Source: an uncultured Alphaproteobacteria bacterium
Lineage (GTDB): Bacteria > Pseudomonadota > Alphaproteobacteria > Rhodobacterales > Rhodobacteraceae
Length of the DNA: 64,000 nucleotides
Direction of reading: 5' to 3'
NCBI GenBank assembly: GCA_902586885.1
Contig: CACIJG010000006.1
Span: forward strand, 11,512 to 75,511
The notes under the pieces are model-generated. The model worked only from the letters and a program-made list of their open reading frames with translations. It ran no database searches and was not told the origin of the DNA. The position numbers and the translations under genes are program-made. Shown here one piece after another: positions 8,785-19,672 of the stretch (position 1 is its first letter; every line of letters begins with the position of its first letter).

Positions 8785-9672
8785 GTGAACAAAAATATTG
8801 GCGGAATATCATTTTTTCTGATCGCTATCTTGGCATTCGCCTGTATGAACTCCTTAGCAAAGGGCCTTACCAATCATTATCCAATCATAGAAGTCGTTTG
8901 GGCAAGATATTTAAGCCAGACTATATTTACATCAATAGTATTTGCACCAAATTTAAAGACAGTAATAAAAACGAACCGTATTTTACTTCATCTTTTTAGA
9001 TCTACTCTTTTATTCGGAGCCACAGTATTTATTTTTGCAGGTTTCAAATATCTAACATTAGTGGAAACAATGACAATCTTTCAAACAGGTCCTTTCATAG
9101 TAATAATTTTATCTGTGATTTTTCTTGGTGAAGCTGTCGGCGTAAACAGATGGGTTTCCGTGATTATAGGATTTTGTGGAGCCTTATTTATACTTAAACC
9201 TGGAACTGATCCTTTTATTATAGCTGGAATTTTTCCCTTGATGGCCGCACTCTGTTACGCTGGGTATGCTGTTTCTACGCGACATCTAGGTACGGATGAA
9301 GATCCCAGAACTAATTTTTTCTACACAACATTAGTGGGAACTGTCGTATCAAGTATCGTTTTATTTCCCTTCTTTAAATCTATCGAGACATTAGATATTT
9401 TATTCTTTGCCTTATTAGGCGCAATTGGTGGAATAGGTCACTACTGCCTAGTATTAGCACTAAGAAAATCAGAGGCCTCTTTGCTAGCACCTTTTACTTA
9501 TTTTGATCTGGTTTTCTCGAGTATTTTAGGGATAGTTTTCTTCTATGAATATCCAAGTATTACTGTAATTATTGGTGCGGTTATTATCGTTGGTGCCGGA
9601 ATATATACTTGGTACATAGACCCCCAAAATAAAAAAAACTATAATAATTCTGATTTTGACCAATCCCAGTAA
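8785..9672 (+). CDS. DMT/EamA family transporter
   Basis: About 10 hydrophobic segments, two EamA-like halves, GTG start. Confidence 0.75.
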   Translation: MNKNIGGISFFLIAILAFACMNSLAKGLTNHYPIIEVVWARYLSQTIFTSIVFAPNLKTVIKTNRILLHLFRSTLLFGATVFIFAGFKYLTLVETMTIFQTGPFIVIILSVIFLGEAVGVNRWVSVIIGFCGALFILKPGTDPFIIAGIFPLMAALCYAGYAVSTRHLGTDEDPRTNFFYTTLVGTVVSSIVLFPFFKSIETLDILFFALLGAIGGIGHYCLVLALRKSEASLLAPFTYFDLVFSSILGIVFFYEYPSITVIIGAVIIVGAGIYTWYIDPQNKKNYNNSDFDQSQ

Positions 9673-10493
9673 AGCTCTCTAACAAGGAGAGTAACTGGCC
9701 CCACTTGAAAATTTTTGTCCTCGATAGCAGTTACAGGGGTAATTTTTGTCATATTGCCAGACATAAAAACTTCGTCTGCATCGTAGAAATCCTCAAAAGT
9801 CAATACAGTCTCAATAACATTTTTCCCATAATCTCTAAGGTTTTTTATGTGTCTAGATCTTGTTATTCCAGCCAAAAATGTTCCATTAGGAATAGGGGTA
9901 AAAATATCTCCATCCTTGACCAAAAATATATTCGCTGTAGCGGTTTCAGCAACATTTCCGTTTGCATCTGTTACCAGAGCGTTTGAAAAGCCTTTTGACC
10001 TTACCTCAGCCAGCATTCTAGCATTGTTTGGATATAAACAGCCGGCTTTGGCATTAACAACATTGTCTTCTAAAACTGGTCTTCTGAATCTTGTCCTGGC
10101 AAGTGTTGCTGAAACATTAGGCGATGCCATAGGAATTTCCTCAAGACAGATAGAAAAGGCTGTACTGTTCTCTTTCGGGAGAACCAAAGAGTCCCCTCCA
10201 TCTAGTGCCCAATACATAGGTCTTATATATACAGCACTTTGTGAATCATATGATGCGAGCCCCTCCTTAATAATCCCAACCATATCATTAGCAGACGTGG
10301 TAGGATTAAGCATCATAGCGTTTGCCGAATTATTTACTCTATCACAATGCGCTAAAAGATCCGGAATTGCTCCATCAAAATATCTGGCTCCATCAAAAAC
10401 GCTAGAACCCAGCCAAGCACCATGATCCGCCGCCCGAAGAACAAATTTATCTCCTTCATGCCAGGATCCATCAAAATAAGTTTTTATGTTCAC
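9639..10493 (-). CDS. class IV aminotransferase (branched-chain amino acid aminotransferase-like)
   Basis: 284 aa. Motifs GSSVFDGARYF, NAKAGCLYPNNARMLAE, ANIFLVKDGDIFTP and LAGITR are typical of fold-type IV PLP enzymes. Confidence 0.8.
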   Translation of the reverse strand: MNIKTYFDGSWHEGDKFVLRAADHGAWLGSSVFDGARYFDGAIPDLLAHCDRVNNSANAMMLNPTTSANDMVGIIKEGLASYDSQSAVYIRPMYWALDGGDSLVLPKENSTAFSICLEEIPMASPNVSATLARTRFRRPVLEDNVVNAKAGCLYPNNARMLAEVRSKGFSNALVTDANGNVAETATANIFLVKDGDIFTPIPNGTFLAGITRSRHIKNLRDYGKNVIETVLTFEDFYDADEVFMSGNMTKITPVTAIEDKNFQVGPVTLLVRELYWDWSKSELL

Positions 10494-10659
10494 TCCAGAG
10501 GAAATTTATCTCTCCTTAAAACAGGATCTTATTAATGTTGTTTGGAAATTATTTTCCCATCTGAATATTACAATAGTCCATTTAAGTAACTAATGGAAAA
10601 CTATTTCTAAAAATATCTTGATAAAAAAATCTTTAATAAGATAAGTCTGTGATTTTTTA

Positions 10660-10735
10660 TGGTGAGCCCGACAGGATTCGAACCTGTGACCCACTGATTA
10701 AAAGTCAGTTGCTCTACCAACTGAGCTACGGGCCC
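10660..10735 (-). tRNA. tRNA-Lys (anticodon UUU)
   Basis: Minus-strand sequence GGGCCCGTAGCTCAGTTGGTAGAGCAACTGACTTTTAATCAGTGGGTCACAGGTTCGAATCCTGTCGGGCTCACCA. It has a 7-bp acceptor stem, a CU-UUU-AA anticodon loop, a GGTTCGAATCC T-arm and an encoded CCA. Confidence 0.95.
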
Positions 10736-10852
10736 ACAAATCTTTTTTTATTATTTAGTTACTATTTGGTCAAGTATTCAATTACAATAAAAATTTAGAT
10801 TTATTTAAAGTTAATTTACTATAACTAAAGCAAAGTTTTTTTGGTGTGAAAC

Positions 10853-11671
10853 TTGGACCTTAATTTTATAAAAATGCATGGATGCGGAAACGACTTCGTT
10901 ATTATTGATTGCCGAGAGAAAAAGATACAGCTTTCGAATGAAGAAATTCAGTTGCTCTGCAATCGAAGGATTGGTATCGGCTGTGATCAATTAGTATTTA
11001 TTAACTCGAAAAAAACAGAAAATACCAAAGCTCATTTAAGCTTTTGGAATGCTGATGGATCTAGCTCTGATACCTGTGGTAATGCAACTCGGTGTGTAGC
11101 AAGCCTATTATTTGAAGAGACATCTAAATCAAAATTATATTTAGAAACTGATCACACTGAAATAATGTGCAAACGGGATTTTAATGACAATATCTCTGTC
11201 AATATGGGCAAACCAAGAATTGGTTGGTCTGAGATTCCGTTGTCAGAAAAGATTGATACGTTGTACCTGCCCATTAACGGTAGGCCAACCGCTTCAAACT
11301 TTGGTAACCCTCACTGTTCGTTTTTTGTTAATGATTTAGAAGAATATACAATTGAAACATTTGGTCCAAATATTGAAAACAATAAACTTTTCCCAGAAAA
11401 AACGAACGTTCAAATAGTTGAAGTCATTGATAGAGGCAATATTGTTATGCGTGTTTGGGAGCGAGGAAGTGGGGTGACACTCGCTTCAGGATCATCTTCT
11501 TGCGCTGCAGTTGACTCTGGAATAAGAAGAAACTTGTTGGATAATATTGTAAACGTAAAAGTTGATGGAGGAGAACTATTGGTCGAGAAAAAAGATGATG
11601 GAGTATGGTTGACTGGACCGACTAAACATGTATTTTCAGGCATCTTTACAACGATTCGCAAAAAACCATAA
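10853..11671 (+). CDS. dapF: diaminopimelate epimerase
   Basis: N-terminus (TTG start) MDLNFIKMHGCGNDFVIID and the second catalytic-Cys region GSGVTLASGSSSCAA. Confidence 0.9.
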   Translation: MDLNFIKMHGCGNDFVIIDCREKKIQLSNEEIQLLCNRRIGIGCDQLVFINSKKTENTKAHLSFWNADGSSSDTCGNATRCVASLLFEETSKSKLYLETDHTEIMCKRDFNDNISVNMGKPRIGWSEIPLSEKIDTLYLPINGRPTASNFGNPHCSFFVNDLEEYTIETFGPNIENNKLFPEKTNVQIVEVIDRGNIVMRVWERGSGVTLASGSSSCAAVDSGIRRNLLDNIVNVKVDGGELLVEKKDDGVWLTGPTKHVFSGIFTTIRKKP

Positions 11672-11678
11672 ATTTACT

Positions 11679-12923
11679 ATGAAATTCAAAACTCTAGGGT
11701 GTAGATTAAATACTTTTGAAACAGAGACTATTAGATCTATTACCGAAAAAATTAACCTTAAAGATTTAATTCTTGTAAACACCTGTGCAGTTACTCAGGA
11801 AGCTACAAGAAACAGTAAAAAGTATGTCAGACAACTAAAAAGGAAAGATCCCAACAAAAAAATGGTAGTTACTGGATGTGACGTTCAAATTGATCCAGAA
11901 AAATACGAAAATATGAATGAGGTTGATATAATTCTTGGTAATTCAGAGAAGCTAAGTGAAGCCACTTGGAAAAAAATTGCCAATTCGAAAGAGAAAAGAC
12001 AAAAATTTCATAAGGAAAATAATGATATTGGGCTCTTGGTTTCAAAGAATGTTCCAAATTTTTCAAACCGATCCAGGGCCTATCTAGAAATACAAAATGG
12101 ATGCGACCATTCATGTACTTTTTGTATTATCCCTCAAGGAAGAGGTAAATCTAGATCAACCCCTCCTCACCAAATCTTAGAGAAAGTTGAGAGTTTTATA
12201 GATAAGGGATTTAAAGAAATTGTACTTACTGGTGTGGATATTACAGCCTGGGGTAAGGATATTGGAGAAAGAAAAAATCTTGGAGAATTGGTTGAATTGA
12301 TATTACTAAAAAACCCAACTTTGAGCCGGCTTAGACTCTCATCCTTAGATATCAGCGAAATTGATGAAAAATTGATAAGATTATTCAAAGAAGAGCATCG
12401 CCTTATGCCTTATTTGCATCTCTCTCTCCAATCTGGAAACAATATGATCTTAAAAAGAATGAAAAGACGACATTCTCGCGAATCAACTGTAGAATTATGC
12501 AAAGAACTAAAGGAAGCAAGACCAGAATTGACATTTGGAGCGGACTTGATTGTAGGGTTTCCAACAGAAAATGAAGAAATGTTTAATGATACGCTTAGTT
12601 TAATAAGTGAGTGTGATATAACGTGGCTACATATTTTTCCTTATTCTAGTCGTCAAGGAACTCCTGCTAGTAGAATGCCACAAGTTGAAAGAGAAACAAT
12701 ATTATACAGATCCCAAAGGCTTAGAAAAAGTGCTGCTGAAAGAAAGAAAATACATTTTTCAAACTTAGTTAATAAAAGAATTTCAGTCTTAATGGAAACT
12801 GAATTTAAGGGTCGGTCGGAAGATTTTTCTAAAATAAAAGTTAACAAAGCTTTAAAACCAGGAGAAATCTACCACTTGACGACATATTCTTTTGATTCAG
12901 AAAACTTAATTGCCTCCGATTAA
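11679..12923 (+). CDS. mtaB: radical-SAM methylthiotransferase, MtaB-type (MiaB/RimO family)
   Basis: Start placed at ATG 11679 (MKFKTLGCRLNTFETE), just after the dapF stop. Radical SAM motif CDHSCTFCIIP. Confidence 0.8.
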   Translation: MKFKTLGCRLNTFETETIRSITEKINLKDLILVNTCAVTQEATRNSKKYVRQLKRKDPNKKMVVTGCDVQIDPEKYENMNEVDIILGNSEKLSEATWKKIANSKEKRQKFHKENNDIGLLVSKNVPNFSNRSRAYLEIQNGCDHSCTFCIIPQGRGKSRSTPPHQILEKVESFIDKGFKEIVLTGVDITAWGKDIGERKNLGELVELILLKNPTLSRLRLSSLDISEIDEKLIRLFKEEHRLMPYLHLSLQSGNNMILKRMKRRHSRESTVELCKELKEARPELTFGADLIVGFPTENEEMFNDTLSLISECDITWLHIFPYSSRQGTPASRMPQVERETILYRSQRLRKSAAERKKIHFSNLVNKRISVLMETEFKGRSEDFSKIKVNKALKPGEIYHLTTYSFDSENLIASD

Positions 12924-14395
12924 ACAGAAAAACATAGATATTTTAGCTCCAAATATTCATCTATCCCATGATGAGATCCTTCTCTGCCAATACCAGATTG
13001 TTTTACACCTCCGAACGGTGCTACCTCAGTTGATATAAGACCTGTATTTATCCCAACCATTCCATACTCTAAAGCCTCAGCCACTCTCCAAACTCTACTA
13101 AGATCAGAGGCATAAAAATACGAAGCCAAACCAAAGATTGTATCATTTGCTTGTTGGATAACATCTTCTTCGTCTTTGAATTTGAATAGCGGTGCAACGG
13201 GTCCGAAAGTTTCTTCATTTGTTATAAGCATTGACTTATCAACATTGGTTAAAACTGTTGGTTCAAAAAAAGTACCGCCGAGAGGGTGTTTGTTTCCTCC
13301 ACAGCTGATGTTTGCTCCTTTTTTGACTGCATCTGAAATATGTTCCTCTACTTTCTTTAATGCATCAGGCGTTATTAGCGGCCCCAAAGTTGAGTCGCTA
13401 GAAAAACCATCTCCTACAACCATTTTTGAAACAGCCTCACTTAATTTCTCTGCAAAAATATCATAAACTTTTTCCTGGACGTAAATCCGGTTTGCGCAAA
13501 CACAGGTTTGTCCGTTATTTCTATACTTGGATATGATTGCTCCCTCTACAGCTTTATCAATATCAGCATCATCAAAAACGATGAATGGAGCATTACCTCC
13601 TAATTCCATTGACATTTTAAGGACTTGGTCAGCTCCTTGCTTTAACAAAACTTTACCAACTTCTGTTGATCCAGTAAAAGTAAGTTTTCTTATTTTTTCG
13701 TTTGAACATAGCTCTTTTCCTATTTCAACTGGATTACTAGTGGTTATTACCGAAAAAACTCCGGCCGGTATCCCTGCTCGCTCTGCTAAAACGCATAAAG
13801 CCAAAGCAGACAAAGGAGTGTCCTCTGGAGCTTTAGCAATAAAACAGCAACCTGCTGCCAAAGCCGGGCCGAGTTTTCTAGTTATCATAGCATTTGGGAA
13901 GTTCCAAGGGGTTATAGCTGCAACTACTCCCACAGCCTGCTTAATAACTATAATTCTCTTATCATTTTGATGGCCGGGTATAGTTTCACCATAAACTCGT
14001 TTACCTTCTTCCGCGAACCACTCGATGAAGCTCGCGCCATAAACTATTTCACCCTTGGCTTCAGCAAGAGGTTTACCCATTTCTGCTGTTAGAATTATTG
14101 CTAGGTCATCGGCACTATCAACCATCAATCGAAAAAATTTATGCAGAATATTTGCTCTCTCTTTAGCGGTTTTTTTACTCCAAGATGCAAGTGCGTCATG
14201 AGCTCTCTCAATAGCTTCTTTTGTATCCTCAACGCCCATATCGGGTACAGTTGCTATCAATTCTCCGGTGGAAGGATTAAATACTTTGAATTTTTTACTA
14301 CTTAGAGATTCAACCCAGGTGCCACCGATATAGCCTTTCTCTTTAAAAAGTTCTTTATCTTTAATTAATGAATGAAGATTTGTTTTGTCTAACAT
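12920..14395 (-). CDS. gabD: succinate-semialdehyde dehydrogenase (aldehyde dehydrogenase family)
   Basis: 491 aa. Motifs FTGSTEVGK, ELGGNAP and catalytic GQTCVCANR. Overall pattern is GabD-like. Confidence 0.85.
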   Translation of the reverse strand: MLDKTNLHSLIKDKELFKEKGYIGGTWVESLSSKKFKVFNPSTGELIATVPDMGVEDTKEAIERAHDALASWSKKTAKERANILHKFFRLMVDSADDLAIILTAEMGKPLAEAKGEIVYGASFIEWFAEEGKRVYGETIPGHQNDKRIIVIKQAVGVVAAITPWNFPNAMITRKLGPALAAGCCFIAKAPEDTPLSALALCVLAERAGIPAGVFSVITTSNPVEIGKELCSNEKIRKLTFTGSTEVGKVLLKQGADQVLKMSMELGGNAPFIVFDDADIDKAVEGAIISKYRNNGQTCVCANRIYVQEKVYDIFAEKLSEAVSKMVVGDGFSSDSTLGPLITPDALKKVEEHISDAVKKGANISCGGNKHPLGGTFFEPTVLTNVDKSMLITNEETFGPVAPLFKFKDEEDVIQQANDTIFGLASYFYASDLSRVWRVAEALEYGMVGINTGLISTEVAPFGGVKQSGIGREGSHHGIDEYLELKYLCFSV

Positions 14396-14455
14396 AATTT
14401 TTTCCGTTTAAAATTTATTTGGGGCAGATTCTATTAATCATCAAGATAAAGAAAA

Positions 14456-14914
14456 TTACAAGTGTCTAATTTGTCTCAGAGCCTCCGACAATACCATTGC
14501 ACAACTAATTACAACATTTAATGACCGACCTTGCCCAGGCATCATTATTTTCAAGTCGTGGTCTACCCATTTTCTCACCTCATCCGGTACACCTTCACTC
14601 TCTCGACCGAGTAAGATTCGATCATTCTTTTTAAACCTAAAGTCAAAATAATTATTCCTGCTCTTTGTCGTTAATAGAATGACCCTTTGTTTAGGGTAGA
14701 ATTCATTTACGTCTCTTTTGTAACGTTCAAAATCTATATAAGTCCTTAGTTCAGCATATCTTGAATAATCCATTACGGTTCTTTTGAATTTTTTTTCTGA
14801 AAATGGAAAACCACATGGCTCGATAATATCTATTGAAACATTCAAACAAGCTGACAAACGAATAAGCGACGCCAAATTTTGAGGGATATCAGGTTGATAA
14901 ACAGAAATACGCAT
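14456..14914 (-). CDS. trmL: tRNA (cytidine/uridine-2'-O)-methyltransferase TrmL (SpoU/TrmH family)
   Basis: 152 aa, with LLLGRESEGVPDEV and RSLNVVISCAMVLSEALRQ motifs. Confidence 0.85.
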   Translation of the reverse strand: MRISVYQPDIPQNLASLIRLSACLNVSIDIIEPCGFPFSEKKFKRTVMDYSRYAELRTYIDFERYKRDVNEFYPKQRVILLTTKSRNNYFDFRFKKNDRILLGRESEGVPDEVRKWVDHDLKIMMPGQGRSLNVVISCAMVLSEALRQIRHL

Positions 14915-15033
14915 AGAATTTTTTCAATAATAAAGATTTTTCATTTAAACATTGACTGCGTCTTAAAGTCCAGTAGACATCTTATTGCAAAATGATTATT
15001 TAAGCTATATATACAAGTGTAATTTTTAAAGAT

Positions 15034-15603
15034 ATGACTAGGAATTGTATGGAAAACAATAATAGAAAATCAAATCGACGAGACTTTCTCTACGTCTCTA
15101 CTGCTGCTGTAGGCGCCGTTACTGCAGGGGCTGCAATATGGCCTCTAGTAAATCAAATGAATCCATCCGCCGATGTTGCAGCTCTTTCTTCAATTGAAGT
15201 AGATTTAAATGATTTGGAACCCGGATCTCAACTTACAGTTAAGTGGCTAGGTAAGCCTGTTTTTATACGGAGACGCACAGAAGAAGAAATAAATGCAGCT
15301 AGAGATGTTAATCTTGATGATTTGCCAGATAAAAGCTCACAAAATGCAAACCTAAAAGAAGGTGACGCCTCAGACAAATTCAGAACGCTAGATGAAAAAG
15401 GGGAGTGGTTGGTTATGATGGGAGTTTGCACTCATCTCGGATGCGTGCCTCTCGGTGACGCAGGAGATTTTGGGGGATGGTTTTGTCCTTGTCATGGATC
15501 ACATTATGATACTGCAGGAAGAATAAGGAGAGGGCCAGCACCCACAAATCTACCTATTCCCGTAGCATCATTATCGTCGAATGGAATACTAAAATTAGGT
15601 TAA
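15034..15603 (+). CDS. petA: ubiquinol-cytochrome c reductase Rieske iron-sulfur subunit
   Basis: Tat-like RRDFLY signal and Rieske boxes CTHLGC and CPCHGSHYD. An alternative start is ATG 15049. Confidence 0.95.
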   Translation: MTRNCMENNNRKSNRRDFLYVSTAAVGAVTAGAAIWPLVNQMNPSADVAALSSIEVDLNDLEPGSQLTVKWLGKPVFIRRRTEEEINAARDVNLDDLPDKSSQNANLKEGDASDKFRTLDEKGEWLVMMGVCTHLGCVPLGDAGDFGGWFCPCHGSHYDTAGRIRRGPAPTNLPIPVASLSSNGILKLG

Positions 15604-15623
15604 TTACTAAAGAGGTATAGAAA

Positions 15624-16943
15624 ATGGGTGGGATACCACACGATAAATATGAACCAAAAAAAGGATTTGAGACTTGGTTAGATAAGAGACTTCCAATTGG
15701 CAGATTGATGTATGATACATTGATGATACCAACACCAAAGAATTTGAATTGGATGTGGATCTGGGGTGTTGTTTTAACATTTTGTTTAGTGTTACAGATT
15801 ATAACGGGTATTGTTTTAGTGATGCATTATACACCTCATGTAGATAATGCATTTGATAGCGTTGAACATATTATGAGGGATGTTAACGGAGGCTGGGCTA
15901 TTAGATATATTCATGCTAATGGCGCGTCTTTGTTTTTTATAGCAGTCTATATGCACATATTCAGGGGACTTTATTATGGATCCTATAAAGAACCAAGAGA
16001 AGTTACGTGGATAATAGGAATGTTGATATATTTGGCGATGATGGCCACAGCCTTTATGGGCTATGTTCTACCATGGGGACAAATGTCTTTTTGGGGTGCC
16101 ACCGTCATTACAGGATTATTCGGAGCTATCCCCTTAATTGGTGAGTCGTTGCAGACCTGGCTTTTGGGAGGTCCTGCTGTAGATAATGCTACTCTGACTA
16201 GATTTTTTAGTCTTCATTATTTACTTCCCTTTGTAATCTTAGGTCTCGTGGTAACTCATATTTGGGCTTTTCATACTACAGGAAACAATAACCCCACTGG
16301 GGTCGAAGTTAGAAGAACATCTAAAGAAGATGCAGAAAAAGATACTCTTCCATTTTTTCCTTATTTTGTTATAAAAGACCTTTTAGCTTTAGTAGTAATC
16401 TTGGCTATCTTTGCTGCAATAGTAGGGTTTATCCCAAATTATTTAGGGCATCCAGATAACTATATAGAAGCAAATCCACTTGTGACACCAGCTCATATTG
16501 TTCCAGAATGGTATTTTTTGCCCTTCTACGCAATATTAAGAGCTTTCACAGCAGATGTGTGGGTTGTGCAGTTTGCGTCTTTTATTACTGGTGGAATAAT
16601 AGATGCGAAGTTTTTTGGTGTGTTAGCTATGTTTGGCGCCATTGCTGTGATGGGCTTAGCTCCATGGCTTGACACTTCTTCCGTAAGGTCTGGCAGATAT
16701 AGACCGCAGTTTAAATGGTGGTTTGCTCTTTTGGTGTTGGACTTTTTGGTGCTCACTTGGGTGGGAGCTAAGCCTGCGGAACAACCGTATTCAACTATAT
16801 CACTAATTGCATCCAGCTATTGGTTTGCATATTTTCTAGTTATACTTCCTTTGTTAGGCGTGATGGAAACACCTCATGATCAGCCACAGACGATTGAAGA
16901 TGATTGGGACGCAAATAAGAAAAAAATTGAGCCTGCAGAATAG
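15624..16943 (+). CDS. petB: cytochrome b
   Basis: 439 aa. Motifs [26 protein letters not shown] and [13 protein letters not shown]. Confidence 0.95.
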   Translation: MGGIPHDKYEPKKGFETWLDKRLPIGRLMYDTLMIPTPKNLNWMWIWGVVLTFCLVLQIITGIVLVMHYTPHVDNAFDSVEHIMRDVNGGWAIRYIHANGASLFFIAVYMHIFRGLYYGSYKEPREVTWIIGMLIYLAMMATAFMGYVLPWGQMSFWGATVITGLFGAIPLIGESLQTWLLGGPAVDNATLTRFFSLHYLLPFVILGLVVTHIWAFHTTGNNNPTGVEVRRTSKEDAEKDTLPFFPYFVIKDLLALVVILAIFAAIVGFIPNYLGHPDNYIEANPLVTPAHIVPEWYFLPFYAILRAFTADVWVVQFASFITGGIIDAKFFGVLAMFGAIAVMGLAPWLDTSSVRSGRYRPQFKWWFALLVLDFLVLTWVGAKPAEQPYSTISLIASSYWFAYFLVILPLLGVMETPHDQPQTIEDDWDANKKKIEPAE

Positions 16944-16951
16944 GTAACGAT

Positions 16952-17686
16952 ATGAAAAGAATAATAACTTTTTGGATTTTTTTAATTTCAATTTTTGTGA
17001 ATAATGCAGTCTTTTCTGCTGGTCCCACGGGAAAAATAGAGAATATAGATTTTTCCTTTGAAGGAGTTTTCGGGACGTATGATAAAAACCAATTGCAAAG
17101 AGGTCTTCAGGTTTTCACTGAAGTATGTGCGGGATGCCATGGGCTAAAACATGTTGCTTACAGAAACCTCGGTGACCCTGGAGGTCCTGAATTGCCACCC
17201 GAACAAGTGAAAGCTTATGCTGCACAATTTGACATTTATGACCCTGAATTAGATGATGAGCGTAGCGCAATACCCTCTGATTACTTTGGCGATTCAATGG
17301 TTGAAAACGCACCAAACCTTAGCCTAATGGCCAAAGCAAGAGTGAAAGGTCCGGAATATATAACAACATTGTTGAGAAGTTATAATGAAGAAGAAAAGGA
17401 GCAAGCCGGTTCTGTATTATACGGAAATAAACTTTATCCTGGTGGTTGGATTGCTATGGCACAGCCATTGTGGGGTGATGATGTCGAGTATATGGATGGA
17501 ACAGAGGCCTCTTTGGAGCAACAGTCCGAGGATGTAGCTGCTTTTTTGATGTGGGCGGCAGAACCAAAACTTAATGTAAGGAAGGAAACAGGTTTTAGAG
17601 CTGTATTATTGTTGATGTTGCTTTCAGTCCTTTTGTACTTTACTAATAAGAAACTCTGGGCTCCATACAAAAACAAAAAAGCGTAA
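16952..17686 (+). CDS. petC: cytochrome c1
   Basis: Signal peptide, CAGCH heme-binding motif and a C-terminal TM anchor. Confidence 0.9.
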   Translation: MKRIITFWIFLISIFVNNAVFSAGPTGKIENIDFSFEGVFGTYDKNQLQRGLQVFTEVCAGCHGLKHVAYRNLGDPGGPELPPEQVKAYAAQFDIYDPELDDERSAIPSDYFGDSMVENAPNLSLMAKARVKGPEYITTLLRSYNEEEKEQAGSVLYGNKLYPGGWIAMAQPLWGDDVEYMDGTEASLEQQSEDVAAFLMWAAEPKLNVRKETGFRAVLLLMLLSVLLYFTNKKLWAPYKNKKA

Positions 17687-17704
17687 ATAGATAGTTTTTT
17701 TCGT

Positions 17705-17728
17705 AAAACTAAAATATCATTTAGTTTT
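17705..17728 (+). terminator. AT-rich hairpin after petC (weak intrinsic terminator candidate)
   Basis: AAAACTAAA-atatca-TTTAGTTTT is a perfect 9-bp stem, 19 nt after the petC stop, followed by T-rich sequence. Confidence 0.4.
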
Positions 17729-17763
17729 TAATTACTTTTTGCAATAAAGAAAATTTTTGTATT

Positions 17764-18864
17764 ATGTCATTCAATACTTTTGGAAGATTGTTTCGAGTTA
17801 CCACATGGGGTGAAAGCCATGGTTATGCAATAGGGGCTACTATTGATGGATGTCCTCCAGGAATTGAGTTAACCGAAGAAGATATCCAACCATGGTTAGA
17901 CAAAAGAAGACCTGGACAAAGTAAGTTTACAACGCAAAGAAAGGAAAGTGATACTGTTAAGATTTATTCTGGAACTTTTGAAGGATTAACAACAGGGACA
18001 CCTATTCAATTATTAATAGAAAATCAGGATCAAAAATCAAAAGACTATAGTGAGATAGCAAATACTTTTAGGCCGGGCCATGCTGATTTAACCTATTATT
18101 TAAAATATGGTTTGAGAGATTACAAAGGCGGAGGACGCTCGTCGGCGCGCGAAACCGCATCCAGAGTGGCTGCTGGTGGAATAGCAAGGAAAATACTAAG
18201 GGCTCTCGCTCCCAATATTCAAATTAACGGCTATCTTACTCAAATTGGGAAGTTGGCTATAGATAGCAATAATTTTTCAATAGAATCTATAGAGGAGAAT
18301 GATTTTTGGTGCCCTGACCAAAACATTGTTAAATATTGGGAAAAGTACATAAAAAAATTGCGAAAAGAAGGTAATTCTGTGGGAGCTATGATAGAAATTG
18401 TTGCATCCGGAGTGCCTGCAGGACTTGGTGCTCCAATTTATGGCAAAATGGATGCTGACTTAGCTAGTGGTCTGATGTCAATAAATGCTGTAAAAGGGGT
18501 AGAGATTGGATTAGGTATGAAAGCGTCTGAAGCTGAGGGAACAGAAAATGCCGACGAGATATTCTACAAAAAAGATAAACTTTACTTTTCATCTAATAAT
18601 GCGGGCGGAGTTTTAGGAGGTATAACGACTGGTCAAGATCTCATAATGAGATTTTCGGTGAAACCTACATCCTCTATATTGACTAAAAAAAAATCAATCA
18701 CAAAGGATGGCACAGAGAAAACTCTTTCAACAAAAGGAAGGCATGACCCCTGCGTAGGAATAAGAGCCGTTCCTGTAGGAGAGGCAATGGTAGCCTGCAT
18801 AATTTTAGATCATATTTTACTTAACAGAGGGCAGATCGGTTCTGTTAGAGGAGAAATAGGCTGA
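17764..18864 (+). CDS. aroC: chorismate synthase
   Basis: [31 protein letters not shown] and RHDPCVG motifs. Confidence 0.95.
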   Translation: MSFNTFGRLFRVTTWGESHGYAIGATIDGCPPGIELTEEDIQPWLDKRRPGQSKFTTQRKESDTVKIYSGTFEGLTTGTPIQLLIENQDQKSKDYSEIANTFRPGHADLTYYLKYGLRDYKGGGRSSARETASRVAAGGIARKILRALAPNIQINGYLTQIGKLAIDSNNFSIESIEENDFWCPDQNIVKYWEKYIKKLRKEGNSVGAMIEIVASGVPAGLGAPIYGKMDADLASGLMSINAVKGVEIGLGMKASEAEGTENADEIFYKKDKLYFSSNNAGGVLGGITTGQDLIMRFSVKPTSSILTKKKSITKDGTEKTLSTKGRHDPCVGIRAVPVGEAMVACIILDHILLNRGQIGSVRGEIG

Positions 18865-18865
18865 G

Positions 18866-19588
18866 TCACTTTCGCTTTTTCAGGTATATAAAGGTCTCTT
18901 GATTTCCAGTTTTTCCTTTTATTTCCGATTTAACTCTCATTTGGTATTCCAATCCTATTTTTTCTAAATCACTGATAATACAAAGAAGGGCATCAAGCGA
19001 TATCATTGAATCTTTTACTATCCCATTTTTTGTAAGGTTTTTTTTTCCAACCTCAAATTGAGGTTTAAATAGTAAAACTAATTCCCCTGGTACCTTTGTA
19101 ACTCTGTCAATATGATGAATAACTTTTGATAAAGAAATAAAGGAAACATCCACAACCACCAGATCAAAAAAAAGATCAAATCTATGTTCAAGACTACGGA
19201 TATCTTGTTTTTCCATGCTTACTATGTTCGGCACTCTTTTTAGATCTGAGGATAATTGGTTTAATCCTACGTCTAAAGCATATATTTTTTTTGCACCTCT
19301 TTCGAGTAATACTTGTGTGAACCCTCCAGTAGATGAACCAACATCTAAAACTTTTTTTCCGGTTATTTTTATGTCAAAAAAATCTAGTGCGAAATTAAGT
19401 TTTTGTGCTCCTCTACTCACCCAATCGCTTTTAGCAAGAACGATCAACTCGGCTGTTTCTTCTATATCTTTTGACGGTTTGGTGCATACTTTTTTATTTA
19501 CTAATACCCTGCCCTTTTTTATAAGTTCGTGAGCCTTATTTCTTGAGGAGGTCAAGCCTTTAAAATTTATTAACTGATCAAGTCTCAA
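18866..19588 (-). CDS. tlyA: TlyA family rRNA (cytidine-2'-O)-methyltransferase
   Basis: S4-like N-terminus, VSRGAQKL, and SAM motif VLDVGSSTGGFTQVLL. Confidence 0.85.
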   Translation of the reverse strand: MRLDQLINFKGLTSSRNKAHELIKKGRVLVNKKVCTKPSKDIEETAELIVLAKSDWVSRGAQKLNFALDFFDIKITGKKVLDVGSSTGGFTQVLLERGAKKIYALDVGLNQLSSDLKRVPNIVSMEKQDIRSLEHRFDLFFDLVVVDVSFISLSKVIHHIDRVTKVPGELVLLFKPQFEVGKKNLTKNGIVKDSMISLDALLCIISDLEKIGLEYQMRVKSEIKGKTGNQETFIYLKKRK

Positions 19589-19672
19589 ATTGAATGTCTT
19601 AAAGTATTAAATTGTTGGTACTGTATATATAAATTAGTATAAGCTGAAGTATATAATTAGAATGAGTTTTTT

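Noticed and set aside
9847-10425. 192-aa plus-strand ORF inside the class IV aminotransferase gene. Similar long antisense ORFs lie at 13527-13970 (in gabD), 51092-51589 (spanning yggS/matB), 58057-58464 (in livH), 55468-55779 (in the binding-protein gene) and 28927-29220 (in pnp).
   Set aside because: All of them lie antisense to strongly recognisable conserved genes. They have Ser/Pro/Leu-rich shadow-frame composition and no RBS or family motif.
10494-10852. tRNA-Lys flanked by a 9-bp inverted repeat (AGTAACTAA near 10586 and TTAGTTACT near 10755), raising the possibility of an integration hotspot or genomic island border
   Set aside because: There is no integrase, no direct repeat of the tRNA 3' end, and no accessory gene block on either side. 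A 9-bp AT-rich match within ~170 nt is within chance expectation.
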